IMG/VR virus record: IMGVR_UViG_3300014204_000110 | Origin: a virus | Taxonomy: Duplodnaviria > Caudoviricetes | DNA length: 64,000 bases | Direction: 5' to 3' (one strand) | Made by a program: the position numbers and the translations under genes | Shown: in pieces, positions 1 through 10,450 of the stretch | How positions within the stretch are numbered: position 1 is the stretch's first letter | Layout: each line of letters opens with the position of its first letter | Notes under the pieces: generated by a model | The model's database searches: none | What the model was told of the DNA's origin: nothing | What the model saw: the letters and a program-made list of their open reading frames with translations, nothing else

Positions 1-603
1 TTTGATTCTCTGAAAATTAGCATTATCTATTTTACGACCTGACATTGTATCAAGCTGTTCTAGATAGCTCATTCCAGCCGTTCCAATACCAATAAATTTG
101 AAGAAAATATTATATTTTGATATTTCCTTCATATATTTAGTTGTATCACTTCGATCACTGTTATCACCATCTGTTACAAAAATAACAAATGTTGGTATTT
201 TTGATAGATTTTGTTCGACGTAATAGTCAAAAATCTTTGCTATAACAGGACAATATTCTGTACCATTCCATTCTGCTTTTGGAACAATATTTTTATTTAC
301 GAAATCGACGATATTACCAAGACCGACATTTGAGCATGATTCACATCGTCCTGAAAATCTGAATGTTTCCATTTCACCATTATCATCGAATTTAAGTGCA
401 AGTGGCATCATTCGTTCAACTGTTTTCTGAACAGTTCCATTTGAAAATTCATCTTGCATACTTCCAGAAACGTCAATCACAAATGCAACTCTTGCTTGAG
501 TTACTGCAAGTGATTTTGTTTTAAGAACAGCTTCAAATGTCTTTTCCCGAAGTTTGATCCCATCAGTAACTTCAGTTTTCTTACCAAAATCAAATAGTCC
601 CAT
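1..603 (-). CDS. vWA domain protein (TerF-associated vWA type), 3' end beyond the window
   Basis: Not in ORF track. ATG at 603-601 with AAGGAG RBS; reads MGLFDFGKK...VAFVIDVSGSM (MIDAS DxSxS)...FDDNGE...FVIFVTDGDN...FIGIG...LEQLD, open to position 1. Confidence 0.85.
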   Translation of the reverse strand, partial: MGLFDFGKKTEVTDGIKLREKTFEAVLKTKSLAVTQARVAFVIDVSGSMQDEFSNGTVQKTVERMMPLALKFDDNGEMETFRFSGRCESCSNVGLGNIVDFVNKNIVPKAEWNGTEYCPVIAKIFDYYVEQNLSKIPTFVIFVTDGDNSDRSDTTKYMKEISKYNIFFKFIGIGTAGMSYLEQLDTMSGRKIDNANFQRIK

Positions 604-626
604 ATAGATCTCCTTATGTTAAAAGT

Positions 627-1232
627 TTATAAAGACAAAGCTAATTTAATATCATCTATGAATTTAATATCAAAAGATTGGTTATTGGCTGGAATGAATT
701 TACCATAAGTTCTAAGAAGAAAGCTTGGGTGATATGTAGGAAGATATTGATATTTTACATCATTAATTCTTATTGGATATATACTTCCACGAATCTTTCC
801 AATACCAAGATCTCCAAAATTATAAAATGTAGATGCTGCACAACGGCCAAGAGGAATAATTACTTTAGGTTTTAATCTATCGATATCATGTTCTAGATGA
901 TGTTTACACAAACTTATTTCATCTAAAGTTGGTTCACGATTACGATTGTTACTATCAAGTGGATGATTTCTCACGTTATTTGTAAGAGCAATATTAAATA
1001 TTTTGTAAGTATCCCAAAGATGTTTAATTACTGATCGAAGATAACATCCAGCGGGTCCTACAAACGCTTGTTTTAATTCACTTTCACGTACCCCAGATCC
1101 GATTCCGTAGAAGAGTATATCTATTTGTTTATCATTATGTTTGATAACTTCAGTTGGAAGTCGATCACAATTATATATATATTGACATTTAGCAGGACAT
1201 TCTTTTTCTAAGTTTAGAAAGGTTTTTTCCAT
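627..1232 (-). CDS. Uracil-DNA glycosylase, family 4-like
   Basis: Motifs AFVGPAG, TNNVRNHP..NREPT..EI..C, LGR.A, TYHPSFLLR. Confidence 0.85.
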   Translation of the reverse strand: MEKTFLNLEKECPAKCQYIYNCDRLPTEVIKHNDKQIDILFYGIGSGVRESELKQAFVGPAGCYLRSVIKHLWDTYKIFNIALTNNVRNHPLDSNNRNREPTLDEISLCKHHLEHDIDRLKPKVIIPLGRCAASTFYNFGDLGIGKIRGSIYPIRINDVKYQYLPTYHPSFLLRTYGKFIPANNQSFDIKFIDDIKLALSL

Positions 1233-1334
1233 TGAATATTGCTCTTTTTATATTTATAATTTTAAAAATAAATTGTTCAATAAAATTAAAAATAAAATTA
1301 AGCATTGGATTTTCTCTTGTATGATAAGATCTCA

Positions 1335-1586
1335 TTATTGATCCTTAACATCTATTGGTTGATAAAGATAAAATCCTATTAATACAATTGGTACAACTAC
1401 TGTTTCGATAAATATAATGCTTAATGCTACATTACCTGGAGATACATTATAATTTATATCTTTACTCATTTCTTGAGTAGTAAAAAGTCCTTTTGGTTCA
1501 TAATTTTTACCATTAATGTTTCTAACTGATGTACAACTTGTTAAAAACATACATGAAATTAGTAAAACTAACAAAAACTTTTTCAT
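1335..1586 (-). CDS. Putative lipoprotein/membrane protein
   Basis: Signal peptide with lipobox-like LTSC; C-terminal hydrophobic segment. Confidence 0.6.
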   Translation of the reverse strand: MKKFLLVLLISCMFLTSCTSVRNINGKNYEPKGLFTTQEMSKDINYNVSPGNVALSIIFIETVVVPIVLIGFYLYQPIDVKDQ

Positions 1587-2218
1587 GATTTTAATCCTTT
1601 TTTAGTTTGTTTATTAATTTTAAATAAATTTTTTATATTTCTATCAAGTATTTTAGATAGTTCTTTATTAGTTTCATTTATAATAGTAGGTGTTAAACCT
1701 GATTCACCTTGTGTTAAAGTTATATTAATTTCATTTAAAATTTCATATTTTGATATTTCTTTAATTTGATATTCTTTATTTTTTATATAAAATTTTATAG
1801 TTGTAGATTTTCGATCAATTGATTGTATTTCTTTTTGAAGTAATTTTATCAATTTTTCTACTGTTATAGTCATACTTTTATCCTTTCACTTATTAGTTTC
1901 TAAATTAAATGAAGTATTAATTATATTTTCAACTTCATTAAGAGATTCTTCTATTTTTGAAATTTTATCTTGAAATTTTTCTTTTATTAATTCTTTTGTT
2001 TTTTCTAATATATATTTATTAATATTATTTTCCCATTGTTCTATAACTTTTGTAATATCTAATTCAACTCCATCAACTAATAATTGAACATTATATTCTT
2101 CTTTAGCAGGAGTGATAACTTCAGTCCAATCTTTACCACATATTGTATATGCTAATGAATGCATTACAACATGAGATAAAGTAGAATATTCTGTTAATAC
2201 TTTATTTTCTAAAATCAT
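1583..2218 (-). CDS. Two hypothetical proteins (1583-1873, 1886-2218)
   Basis: Tandem ORFs in the minus-strand operon. Confidence 0.6.
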
Positions 2219-2589
2219 AATTTTCTACAATCTATTTGTTGAAGTGAATCATTCGTTGAAAAATAAATTTTCTTAATTTTTACAAACGTTATATAAGAAA
2301 AACAATTCGGACAAGGTTTAGATAATACTAACTGACCTTTAGCATTTATTCTTACAACTAGAAGTGACATTCCTTTGATATCTCGTTTAGCATTTAATAT
2401 AGCTGCTACTTCAGCATGTATACTATTAGGATATCTTTGATATTTCTTAAGAAGATGCTTAACTGAACGTTGTGCTGTGTTATGACCTCTAGAAATAATC
2501 TTATTTTTATCAAATATCACGCATCCAACTTGCATTTTATAAGTACTACGTCTAGCTTCAATTATCGCTTGCTTAAGTAGTGAATTCAT
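2215..2589 (-). CDS. Cytidine/dCMP deaminase-fold zinc protein
   Basis: HAE...SKPCPNC zinc-binding signature; GCVIF..GHN. Confidence 0.85.
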   Translation of the reverse strand: MNSLLKQAIIEARRSTYKMQVGCVIFDKNKIISRGHNTAQRSVKHLLKKYQRYPNSIHAEVAAILNAKRDIKGMSLLVVRINAKGQLVLSKPCPNCFSYITFVKIKKIYFSTNDSLQQIDCRKL

Positions 2590-2591
2590 AA

Positions 2592-3189
2592 TTATTTAAT
2601 TATTTTTTGAAGTATTATATTATTAGTTTTCATAGAATTTATTAGATTATTTGATTTTAATAATATTTCATCTTTAGATTTAACTACTGTTGGACAAAAA
2701 TCACAAACACATATATGATCATGAATATGTTTAACTTCTTTTAATGATATTCTTACGGCTAAATCTGGTCCTACACCAGAATATATTATATTTTCAAGTG
2801 TATGTATATTTAATGCATTATCTTTAAATTTCCATTGTAATTTATTTATTTGATAATCTAATTGTGGTATTTCTTTAAAGAATACTTCAAAATTAAATCT
2901 ATGCATAATATTTCCTATTATTTTAAGTTTCTGTAAGTTCAGCAATTCTTTTAAATATATGACTTATATTATCGCATATACCATTGAGTTGTCTTTTAAA
3001 TTCAGGATCATCTGGAAGATGTAATTGGCGTTTTAAACTTCCATCAAGATCTCCTACTGAATCAAGTAAAAGTTTATTTATCTGTTCAGTATAACTATCT
3101 TTGTCATATGCTATTTTAGGAGTCATTTCTGGATTAGTATAACAAAGTATTGCTCTTATAGTTGCAGCTGTTGTATAAATAGTTTTCAT
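2592..3189 (-). CDS. Two hypothetical proteins (2592-2945, 2923-3189)
   Basis: Overlapping ORFs in the operon. Confidence 0.55.
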
Positions 3190-3211
3190 AATTTACCTTT
3201 TTTAGAAAATA

Positions 3212-3440
3212 TAATATAATTATAACGTGTTGTTACACCAAAGAAACTTACCCATTGGGTGGAAGTCTTTAACTTCACTTACTCCTATTTTACCAACAGC
3301 ACATCATCTATATATACCTTGAATAATTTTTATGTATTATGAATTACCCATTAGATATTTGTAGACATATCGCACTAGTTGGTAGTTCGTCTCACTCATT
3401 AAAGATGGCTACTTCTAAGCCTACTATTATAATTATATTA
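3212..3440 (-). ncRNA. Structured RNA mimicking the 23S rRNA L11-binding (GTPase-associated) domain, with a ~150-nt insertion
   Basis: Minus strand reads AGUAGGCUUAGAAGUAGCCAUCUUUAAUGAG (3425-3395) ... GGUGUAACAACAC (3239-3227), closed by a 15-bp stem (3426-3440 with 3212-3226). Confidence 0.75.
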
Positions 3441-3877
3441 AGATACTAATCTCATCGAGATCCCATCGACAGCATCGCTGCAGGATTGTCCTTGTTTGAT
3501 AACCCAATGTAAAAGATCGGATTAGATATGCATAATTTTAAATAGAATATACTCTTATTGCCACGTATGATATTACATATCCCGTAAAGAGAAGGTACAT
3601 TCTTCTTGTATAGAGTGTGCTGAAGCCATAACAATGGTTACATAACTCCACTATATTCTATTAAAATATAATAGCACGACTTATACGGCTGATAGATTTA
3701 TCACAATTAAGTGGCCAGACGGATAGCCTGGTTATTTTCTTATCGATGTAAGGATTAATTGTCTAACTATTTTTTCCGCGTTTGCCTGTCGTGCATGTAA
3801 ATATACAATAGTTCAGAATTTCACTGTAAACCTTACGTTTCAATAAAGACTATAACTGTTATTGTATATTTATTTTT

Positions 3878-4507
3878 TTAGTTATCAAATACTTGTTCAG
3901 CGGTCATTCCAGATACCTTACTTTCTGAAACATCTGCAACAACAGTAGTTCTTTTTCGTTTATCTGAAGCATCTGCAGCTCTTGCTAATGCTCCAATTGC
4001 ACCTGCAACTTTACTATTTGTACTATCATATGCTGGTTTAGAATCTAGTTCTTCACCAGCTATATTTAAAGATTCTATAACAGCGTTACAAATACCTTTA
4101 TTAGTAATGTTTTTAAATTGTTTTGTTCCATTCTTTTCATTAAGAAAAGAATTAATTGAAATAAATTTGTTTTTATTTGGTTGCTTAATTTCTCTTGATT
4201 GTATTGTAAGAGGACCCATTATATGACTTAGATCAGCTGTTGCAAAATCTCCATCTATTTGTACATTATCTGCTCTGAATATAATTGTTTCTCCAAAACC
4301 AATAATTCTTACATCATTACCATTCTTATTTGTGCTGAGATCTCCAATCCAACTTCTTAATTGGCTTGCTACAACATATTTATGGTCATCTGTAAGAAGT
4401 CCAGTAACTAAACTAATGTTACCAAGACCATCGATCATTTCAACACCTTTAACTTTGAACATAAAAACCTCCAAATAAAGAGTAATATAAAATGCTGTTA
4501 CAAACAA
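3878..4507 (-). CDS. Hypothetical protein (likely start ATG at 4462 after GGAGG RBS)
   Basis: Long ORF with RBS. Confidence 0.65.
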   Translation of the reverse strand: MFVTAFYITLYLEVFMFKVKGVEMIDGLGNISLVTGLLTDDHKYVVASQLRSWIGDLSTNKNGNDVRIIGFGETIIFRADNVQIDGDFATADLSHIMGPLTIQSREIKQPNKNKFISINSFLNEKNGTKQFKNITNKGICNAVIESLNIAGEELDSKPAYDSTNSKVAGAIGALARAADASDKRKRTTVVADVSESKVSGMTAEQVFDN

Positions 4508-4935
4508 TTTATAACAGCTGGAATTTTATCTGTAATCGAAAGAATTAAAGGACAATAACTTTCTCTACTTTTTGTATAACCACACATAAGTATCTCTGGA
4601 ACGTTTTTACATCCAACAACCAGAAGACTATGTGAGTTATTATTTTTAATAAATGCTACATACCCTTTAGATATATCAAACATATCTTTAAGATAAACTG
4701 TATTTTTGTTACTTACAAATCCAATGATTTTAGTAAGTAGTAATTTATCTTTAAATGACAGTAAAATGTCTTTTATACATGAAGGATCTTTTTGTAACAT
4801 AGACCAATATCTAGATATGTGGTCGTTTTGTCGATCAAATGTTATTGTATTTTTCCAAACGTTCTCACCATTCGGACATATATTTATTATTTTTTCTTTA
4901 CTACAAATTAACTTAGTTATTCCTCTGCGCGCCAT
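4498..4935 (-). CDS. Hypothetical protein
   Basis: ORF coupled to 4917-6821. Confidence 0.6.
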   Translation of the reverse strand: MARRGITKLICSKEKIINICPNGENVWKNTITFDRQNDHISRYWSMLQKDPSCIKDILLSFKDKLLLTKIIGFVSNKNTVYLKDMFDISKGYVAFIKNNNSHSLLVVGCKNVPEILMCGYTKSRESYCPLILSITDKIPAVINCL

Positions 4936-6821
4936 ACACCAATTCTCCCGTTAAGATGTGACTGCTCTCCTGTATGACTATCAAACTCACTAAGATCACT
5001 GTAATCATCACTATCAATGTCTGTTTCTATCATACTATCAAAATTTGATATTCCAGATCTTATATTTTCAACTGCTTCTTCATTATAATGATGTTTGTTA
5101 TTTAATACATTGCAACTTGAAAGTATTGTATAGAATGTTTCATAGTTACTTTCTCTTGTTCTTGATACTTTAGCTGAAGCTTCCCACCAATTACATAATG
5201 GAACTTTAATTACGTTAAATTCTTCCCAAGATTGCCAAGTATCCCAATATAAACTATTGTCTAGAATATTACTTGCAAATAATTTTGCTGATGTAAGAAT
5301 TCCATCACCAAGATTAAAATCGTTTCCTCCAAGTTCAAGAATATCATCATAATTATTCATAAGTACACTATCTACTGGTAATGTACTTATATTATTAAGC
5401 CAATCATAAAACATTCTTGGATTGTCTTCAATGAAACTATCTTTATAATGTTCCCAACAATTGAGTATTTCACCAATACTCCAACGTTGTCCAACTTTGA
5501 GAATGTCACAAAATTGATTCCATCCTCCACAGATGTCTAGTTGATTAAAATCTTTATCTTGTTGTATAATCTTTTTAATATTAATCATTGTTGGATAAAG
5601 ATTATTAATTGATTCTGCTTTATCTGAATCAAGATTATATAAAATACTATCTATATATTCTTTCTTGTATTCAGCTGGAAGATCAATTAAACTTTTATCA
5701 TTAAATAACTTAATGTTATAATTTTGTTTTTGTTTAATAAGATCTACTAGAAATTGTGGAAATATTGCATTTTTATTTAAGATACCTTCTTTTAATGCAC
5801 GTTTAACGAGCATTATTACCCACCAATAACGTTCATTGGTATTATAATATTCTTTTTTAGTTATTTTAGTTAGCTGTGGATGATTAAGAATCCAATTAAG
5901 TATATTTTCTTTGTATAATTTAATCATTTCTTTTGGTAATATTTTTGTAACGTTATTTTCAATCCAAGATACTTTACCAATGTAATCATAAAGTTCAAAG
6001 AAATATTTAAAATTAATATATCCTTTATATATATTTTTTAAATTATCAATAGAGGTTTTACCCATAAAGTTTCTTTTTACTTCATGAGCTATAAAATTAT
6101 TACTCATTAATGTCCAGAGATTTATAAATTCTCCATTTTTTACTGCTATCATAGCATCTGACATTATAGATGCTATTTGTTTATTTTTAAAGAAAGTACT
6201 TGCAAAATTAATTATTTCATCATTTGATGCAAAACCAATGTATAATTCTTTTTTAATTGGTTTTTCTTGTCTATAAGTATAATTCTTCCAATTTGGAAGA
6301 CCAATATAACTTTTCATACAAGCATGTATTGTCATGTTTGTATTTTTATCAAACATTCCATAAATACCACCTTGACAGTATTCTACTTGAGATATACCAT
6401 GAAACTTTTCTATATTCCATGAAGTGCCTATAAGAAATGGATTGTATTCTCCGAATACTTCTCCTACTTGATCTATGTTATTAATGTCATTATTTTTATT
6501 TGGAATGTTAAATTCTGAAGTTGAATATAGAGGATGTATATCTGCAGGAAAACTTCTGAAATCAAACTGTTTTCCAGATTGATGTTGAGTTAAGTTTTCA
6601 ATTGTTGTAGACATTTCACCAATTTTAATTGGATCAAGTCTATTAGTATGTTGATAATTTATATCACCATTACTATCAAATTCTGGGTATAAATTGTATA
6701 CATCTTTTCTTTTCTTACCACAACCAAGGTCTATTTCATTACCAAATTCATCTGTTTTTATTATTCTAAATATACATTTTAACTTACCTAGCCTACTGTT
6801 TTTACATTCAAGTACGTTCAT
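4917..6821 (-). CDS. Large hypothetical protein (634 aa)
   Basis: Long ORF with AGGAG RBS; no motif recognised. Confidence 0.75.
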   Translation of the reverse strand: MNVLECKNSRLGKLKCIFRIIKTDEFGNEIDLGCGKKRKDVYNLYPEFDSNGDINYQHTNRLDPIKIGEMSTTIENLTQHQSGKQFDFRSFPADIHPLYSTSEFNIPNKNNDINNIDQVGEVFGEYNPFLIGTSWNIEKFHGISQVEYCQGGIYGMFDKNTNMTIHACMKSYIGLPNWKNYTYRQEKPIKKELYIGFASNDEIINFASTFFKNKQIASIMSDAMIAVKNGEFINLWTLMSNNFIAHEVKRNFMGKTSIDNLKNIYKGYINFKYFFELYDYIGKVSWIENNVTKILPKEMIKLYKENILNWILNHPQLTKITKKEYYNTNERYWWVIMLVKRALKEGILNKNAIFPQFLVDLIKQKQNYNIKLFNDKSLIDLPAEYKKEYIDSILYNLDSDKAESINNLYPTMINIKKIIQQDKDFNQLDICGGWNQFCDILKVGQRWSIGEILNCWEHYKDSFIEDNPRMFYDWLNNISTLPVDSVLMNNYDDILELGGNDFNLGDGILTSAKLFASNILDNSLYWDTWQSWEEFNVIKVPLCNWWEASAKVSRTRESNYETFYTILSSCNVLNNKHHYNEEAVENIRSGISNFDSMIETDIDSDDYSDLSEFDSHTGEQSHLNGRIGVWRAEE

Positions 6822-6874
6822 ACATTCTCCTAGGTTTTGATAGAAAAGTTATATACGAAAAATTAAAAATAAAA

Positions 6875-7516
6875 TTAAGCTTTGTATTGTTTATAAAGTC
6901 CTTCTTTTACTGTACTTATAAATGATTGTATATCTAATCCTTTAAGTACTTCTTTTATTACACTTAAATGTTTTTCTTGTTGCAAATTAATTATTGGAAT
7001 TATTATATCTGTTTTTTTTGATTTTGTTATAAAATCCGCCATTGCTATTGCTTGTCCTGTTCCTCCAGAAGCTTGACCATCTGGAGTATAACATATGACA
7101 AGATCAGTAGGGCTATTCATTAATGGTCCCATTATCTGGAAACTATTTCTTATCATCATCAATTTTGTAGTATCTTTAAGACTGTTCCAAGATACTGGCA
7201 TATTTCTTAAAGACCATACTTTTATTGCATAAGCAGTAGCACTTTTAATATTTAATAGTTTATCAGATAGACACATGTTATTACATTCATAACTATCACG
7301 TCCATTAAATTTTCTCCAAGGAAAGAATATTTGTTTAGGACCTTTTATTGTAGCGCATCCAAGTTCAAATGCCATGTCTGCCCCAGAAGCTCCACCACTT
7401 CTAAGAGTAATGTTATTACGACCAAAATACATACCGATTTCAGTCATTATGTCACAAATGTGTCTAGGCGTGGCTCGCGAGCCTATACCTGAGTAGTACA
7501 TTTTATACTCCAGCAA
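6875..7516 (-). CDS. Phage DprA/SLOG-like protein (likely ATG start at 7501)
   Basis: YSGIGSRATP, LRSGGASGAD, ICYTPDG..SGGTGQA motifs. Confidence 0.75.
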   Translation of the reverse strand: MLEYKMYYSGIGSRATPRHICDIMTEIGMYFGRNNITLRSGGASGADMAFELGCATIKGPKQIFFPWRKFNGRDSYECNNMCLSDKLLNIKSATAYAIKVWSLRNMPVSWNSLKDTTKLMMIRNSFQIMGPLMNSPTDLVICYTPDGQASGGTGQAIAMADFITKSKKTDIIIPIINLQQEKHLSVIKEVLKGLDIQSFISTVKEGLYKQYKA

Positions 7517-7606
7517 ATGATGTTAGTATACCAGCAATTGTTCCAATAAAAAATACAAGTGCTATACATCCTACTGTTTTAAATATTGTTATTAGAAATG
7601 TCATAT

Positions 7607-9472
7607 TTATCCTTTTGTTATTTTTAATAATGCTTCTATGTGTTCTTCTTGTTTTTGAATTATTTTAAGAAGAAATTCGAAATTTTCATGATAAAAATCA
7701 AATACATCTGATTTATCATTCCAAAGTTCACATTCGTCAGTTTTACATACTTCTTTTATTGCTTTAAGACGTTCAATGTCTGGAACACTTGTAAGATTAA
7801 ATGAACTCATATATTTTCCTTTATATCTATAATAAATTCTTGTTGTTCAGTTATAAATCCACTATTGAGTGATCGAGATTCAAATGGATTTATTTTAGCT
7901 AGAATAATAAACTTATCTATCTGTATAAATAATTTACCGAAGTCATGACAGGTATATTTACCAGATCTTATAAGTTCTCCATCTATACTATTTTCATTTG
8001 ATGACGTTTCTATATACCATAAATTTTTAGGTCCTATCCATGTTATTATATTTGTTCGAATTGCTGTTTGAACTTGTATAACTTTTTGATAGACGTTATT
8101 TTTAAATATAAATCCTTTTCTATTTAGATCTTTCAGAGTTCTTGCATATTCTGAAAATCTGATCATCATACACCTCAAAAAATAAAAATAAATTAAGCTT
8201 TTTCATTACAATAAAATCCATTTGATGTGAAACTTAAAAATGCTAAACAATTATGACAATTATTATGTTTTATTGGACATAGACTAGAATTACTAAGTTG
8301 TTCTATTGGTTTAAAACATTTTGTTATTGTACATTTATTATCTTCAAGTAAAAATTTACATTTAAAGCATTTACCTTTAAATGTAAAAAATGCTGGACAA
8401 TCTGTTTCATCAATAAGTTGAATTTTATTTAAAACTAATTTTGTTTGTATAGGTATTGGTTTATTCATTACCATAAATCTTCTGAAAATAGGAAATCATT
8501 TGGTTCTTTAATTTGACCATGTTTAAATGCATAGTCTCCAGCTTGGTTACGATCTAGAAACTCTCCAAGATCTGTTATAAATCCTTGAGTGTCTCTTATT
8601 TTTTCTTTTACTACTCTTTGATGAATTTCATGATTGTTATTATATACACAACAATGACGGGTTTTAGTAAAATCTTTAGGATGTTTACATACTCCTCCAC
8701 CATTTGGTGCTGTATATATAACGTCTCCAAGTTTAATGGCTGCTGCTACTATCATGTTTTTCTCCAATAATAAGTCTTGTTATAAATGGATAAATAGTGT
8801 TATTAGTATCTGGATTTCCATCATCTCCATCCACATATATTGTATAATAACCATCTGTTAAAGTTCCTTTAATTACTTCATTTTGGTTATCGTCGATATC
8901 TTTAACGAGTTGTTTAAGATCAAAATAACAGTCTTTAAGATTAATCAATGATGTTCCACTATAGGCGTATTTACCAGATGGTTTGAATGCTGTCCAATTA
9001 ATTAATCTTTTATTTTGTTTTTCAAAATGTTTTCTTGCTTCATTTGGATATTGCTCAAGAACTTCTTTATAAGATAAACTATCTGGTATTTCTATTTTTA
9101 TAATATTATTTTCTCGAAGTTTTATATTGTCCATTGATATATGTGTATTATATCCAGCTTCGAAAGCATTTCTAGATGCTACTTCTGAAGAAGAAAGAAT
9201 ATAAGCATAGCTTTGTTTTATATCTTTAAGCCATTCTTGAAATTTTTGTTCAATAAAGGATAACATTATGTTACTTTCTAGTTGATGTTCCATTTAAGTT
9301 TATATTTTAAAATAAATTCTTTAGGGAAAGATGATATCCATCTACAATGTGGACATATAAATTGTTTACCATTAAATACTATTCTAGGCATTGTTTTACA
9401 ACTATTACCACAATATGGAGAATAATCTTTTTTAATCATTAAGTTTTCTCTTATAATAGTTTTTTCTGTCAT
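7607..9472 (-). CDS. Six small hypothetical proteins (7607-7810, 7807-8178, 8193-8474 Cys-rich, 8468-8767, 8733-9293, 9278-9472 Zn-ribbon-like)
   Basis: Contiguous, often overlapping ORFs; 8468-8767 has a common phage QGFIT..G.FLDR..A...LFSEDLW pattern. Confidence 0.6.
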
Positions 9473-9538
9473 ATATACCTTTTATATAACTGAATATTAT
9501 ATGAATATTTTAATTTCATATAGTATTAGTTATATTTT

Positions 9539-9895
9539 TTAGTTAACTTCTTCGGATACTTCAATATCTTCTTTATTAGGACCAAGAAATTTCATTTTAT
9601 AAGCACGAATTACTTTCTTTGTATAATGATCACCTTTATAATCCCAATGTTCTGTGTGTATTTTACCTTCTATAAAGATAAAACGTTTAGGTCCTAGATA
9701 GTTTTTACACGTTTCAGCAAGTTTTCCAAAACATACTATTTCATGCCATTCTGTATGATTTTGTTTTTCTCCATTACTCATAAACGTTTCATTGGTTGCC
9801 ATGCTAAATGTACATACTGAACAACCATTTGGAGTTATTGTGAATTCAGGAACTTTTGCACTGAGATTTCCAATAAGAATAGTCTGTTGATGCAT
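9539..9895 (-). CDS. ssb: Single-stranded DNA-binding protein
   Basis: LIGNL, FSMATNE, TEWHEIVCFGKLAE, FIEGKI and a short acidic tail. Confidence 0.9.
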   Translation of the reverse strand: MHQQTILIGNLSAKVPEFTITPNGCSVCTFSMATNETFMSNGEKQNHTEWHEIVCFGKLAETCKNYLGPKRFIFIEGKIHTEHWDYKGDHYTKKVIRAYKMKFLGPNKEDIEVSEEVN

Positions 9896-9948
9896 ATTGA
9901 CTCCTTGTAGAAAAGTGATAAAATATTCATACTTCTGACATAAATTAT

Positions 9949-10380
9949 TTATTTAGGTGTTAAAATTATAAATCTATCATCAAGTAATTTAGATATAATT
10001 GGTTTGACGTAATTCCAATCTAATCCTCCTAGACCACACCCAGGGCGTGTCAGATATATTTCTGTTAAGTTATACTTATCAACGAGTTTTACAAGTTCTT
10101 TGCATGAATTAATAATAAGATTAATATTTGATTTATCTTTCCAGTTATTTTTAGTTGGAAATGATATAATTGATACTATTTTATTAATAGTTACTATTAC
10201 TGGTGTATTGCCATATTCTTTAACATGATTTCCATAAAGAATTGGTAACTGAGGATATCTCTTTTTAGCTTCTAGAGCTATTCCTGCACCCATGACGAGT
10301 TCACCATTTATTTTAACAACACCATTTGTTGTTATACAAAATGTTTTCTTATCAAAGATATTACCAATTTCTTCTTTCAT
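9949..10380 (-). CDS. Macro-domain (ADP-ribose-binding/hydrolase) protein
   Basis: ITTNG..LVMGAGIA, FPTK..W, RPGCGLGGLDW. Confidence 0.85.
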   Translation of the reverse strand: MKEEIGNIFDKKTFCITTNGVVKINGELVMGAGIALEAKKRYPQLPILYGNHVKEYGNTPVIVTINKIVSIISFPTKNNWKDKSNINLIINSCKELVKLVDKYNLTEIYLTRPGCGLGGLDWNYVKPIISKLLDDRFIILTPK

Positions 10381-10450
10381 TATTACCTCATAAGTTCTTT
10401 GTGAGCTTTCTTACAAGAAAGCCATTAGAAATCATACAATTAAAAGAAAA

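Noticed and set aside
3212-3440. True 23S rRNA gene or host contamination
   Set aside because: Similarity is limited to the H43/H44 motifs; the flanks are phage ORFs and an unrelated AU-rich stem.
3760-3795. c-di-GMP-I riboswitch (minus strand ACAGGCAAAC)
   Set aside because: The downstream GAAA-tetraloop stem and GCAAAG elements are missing.
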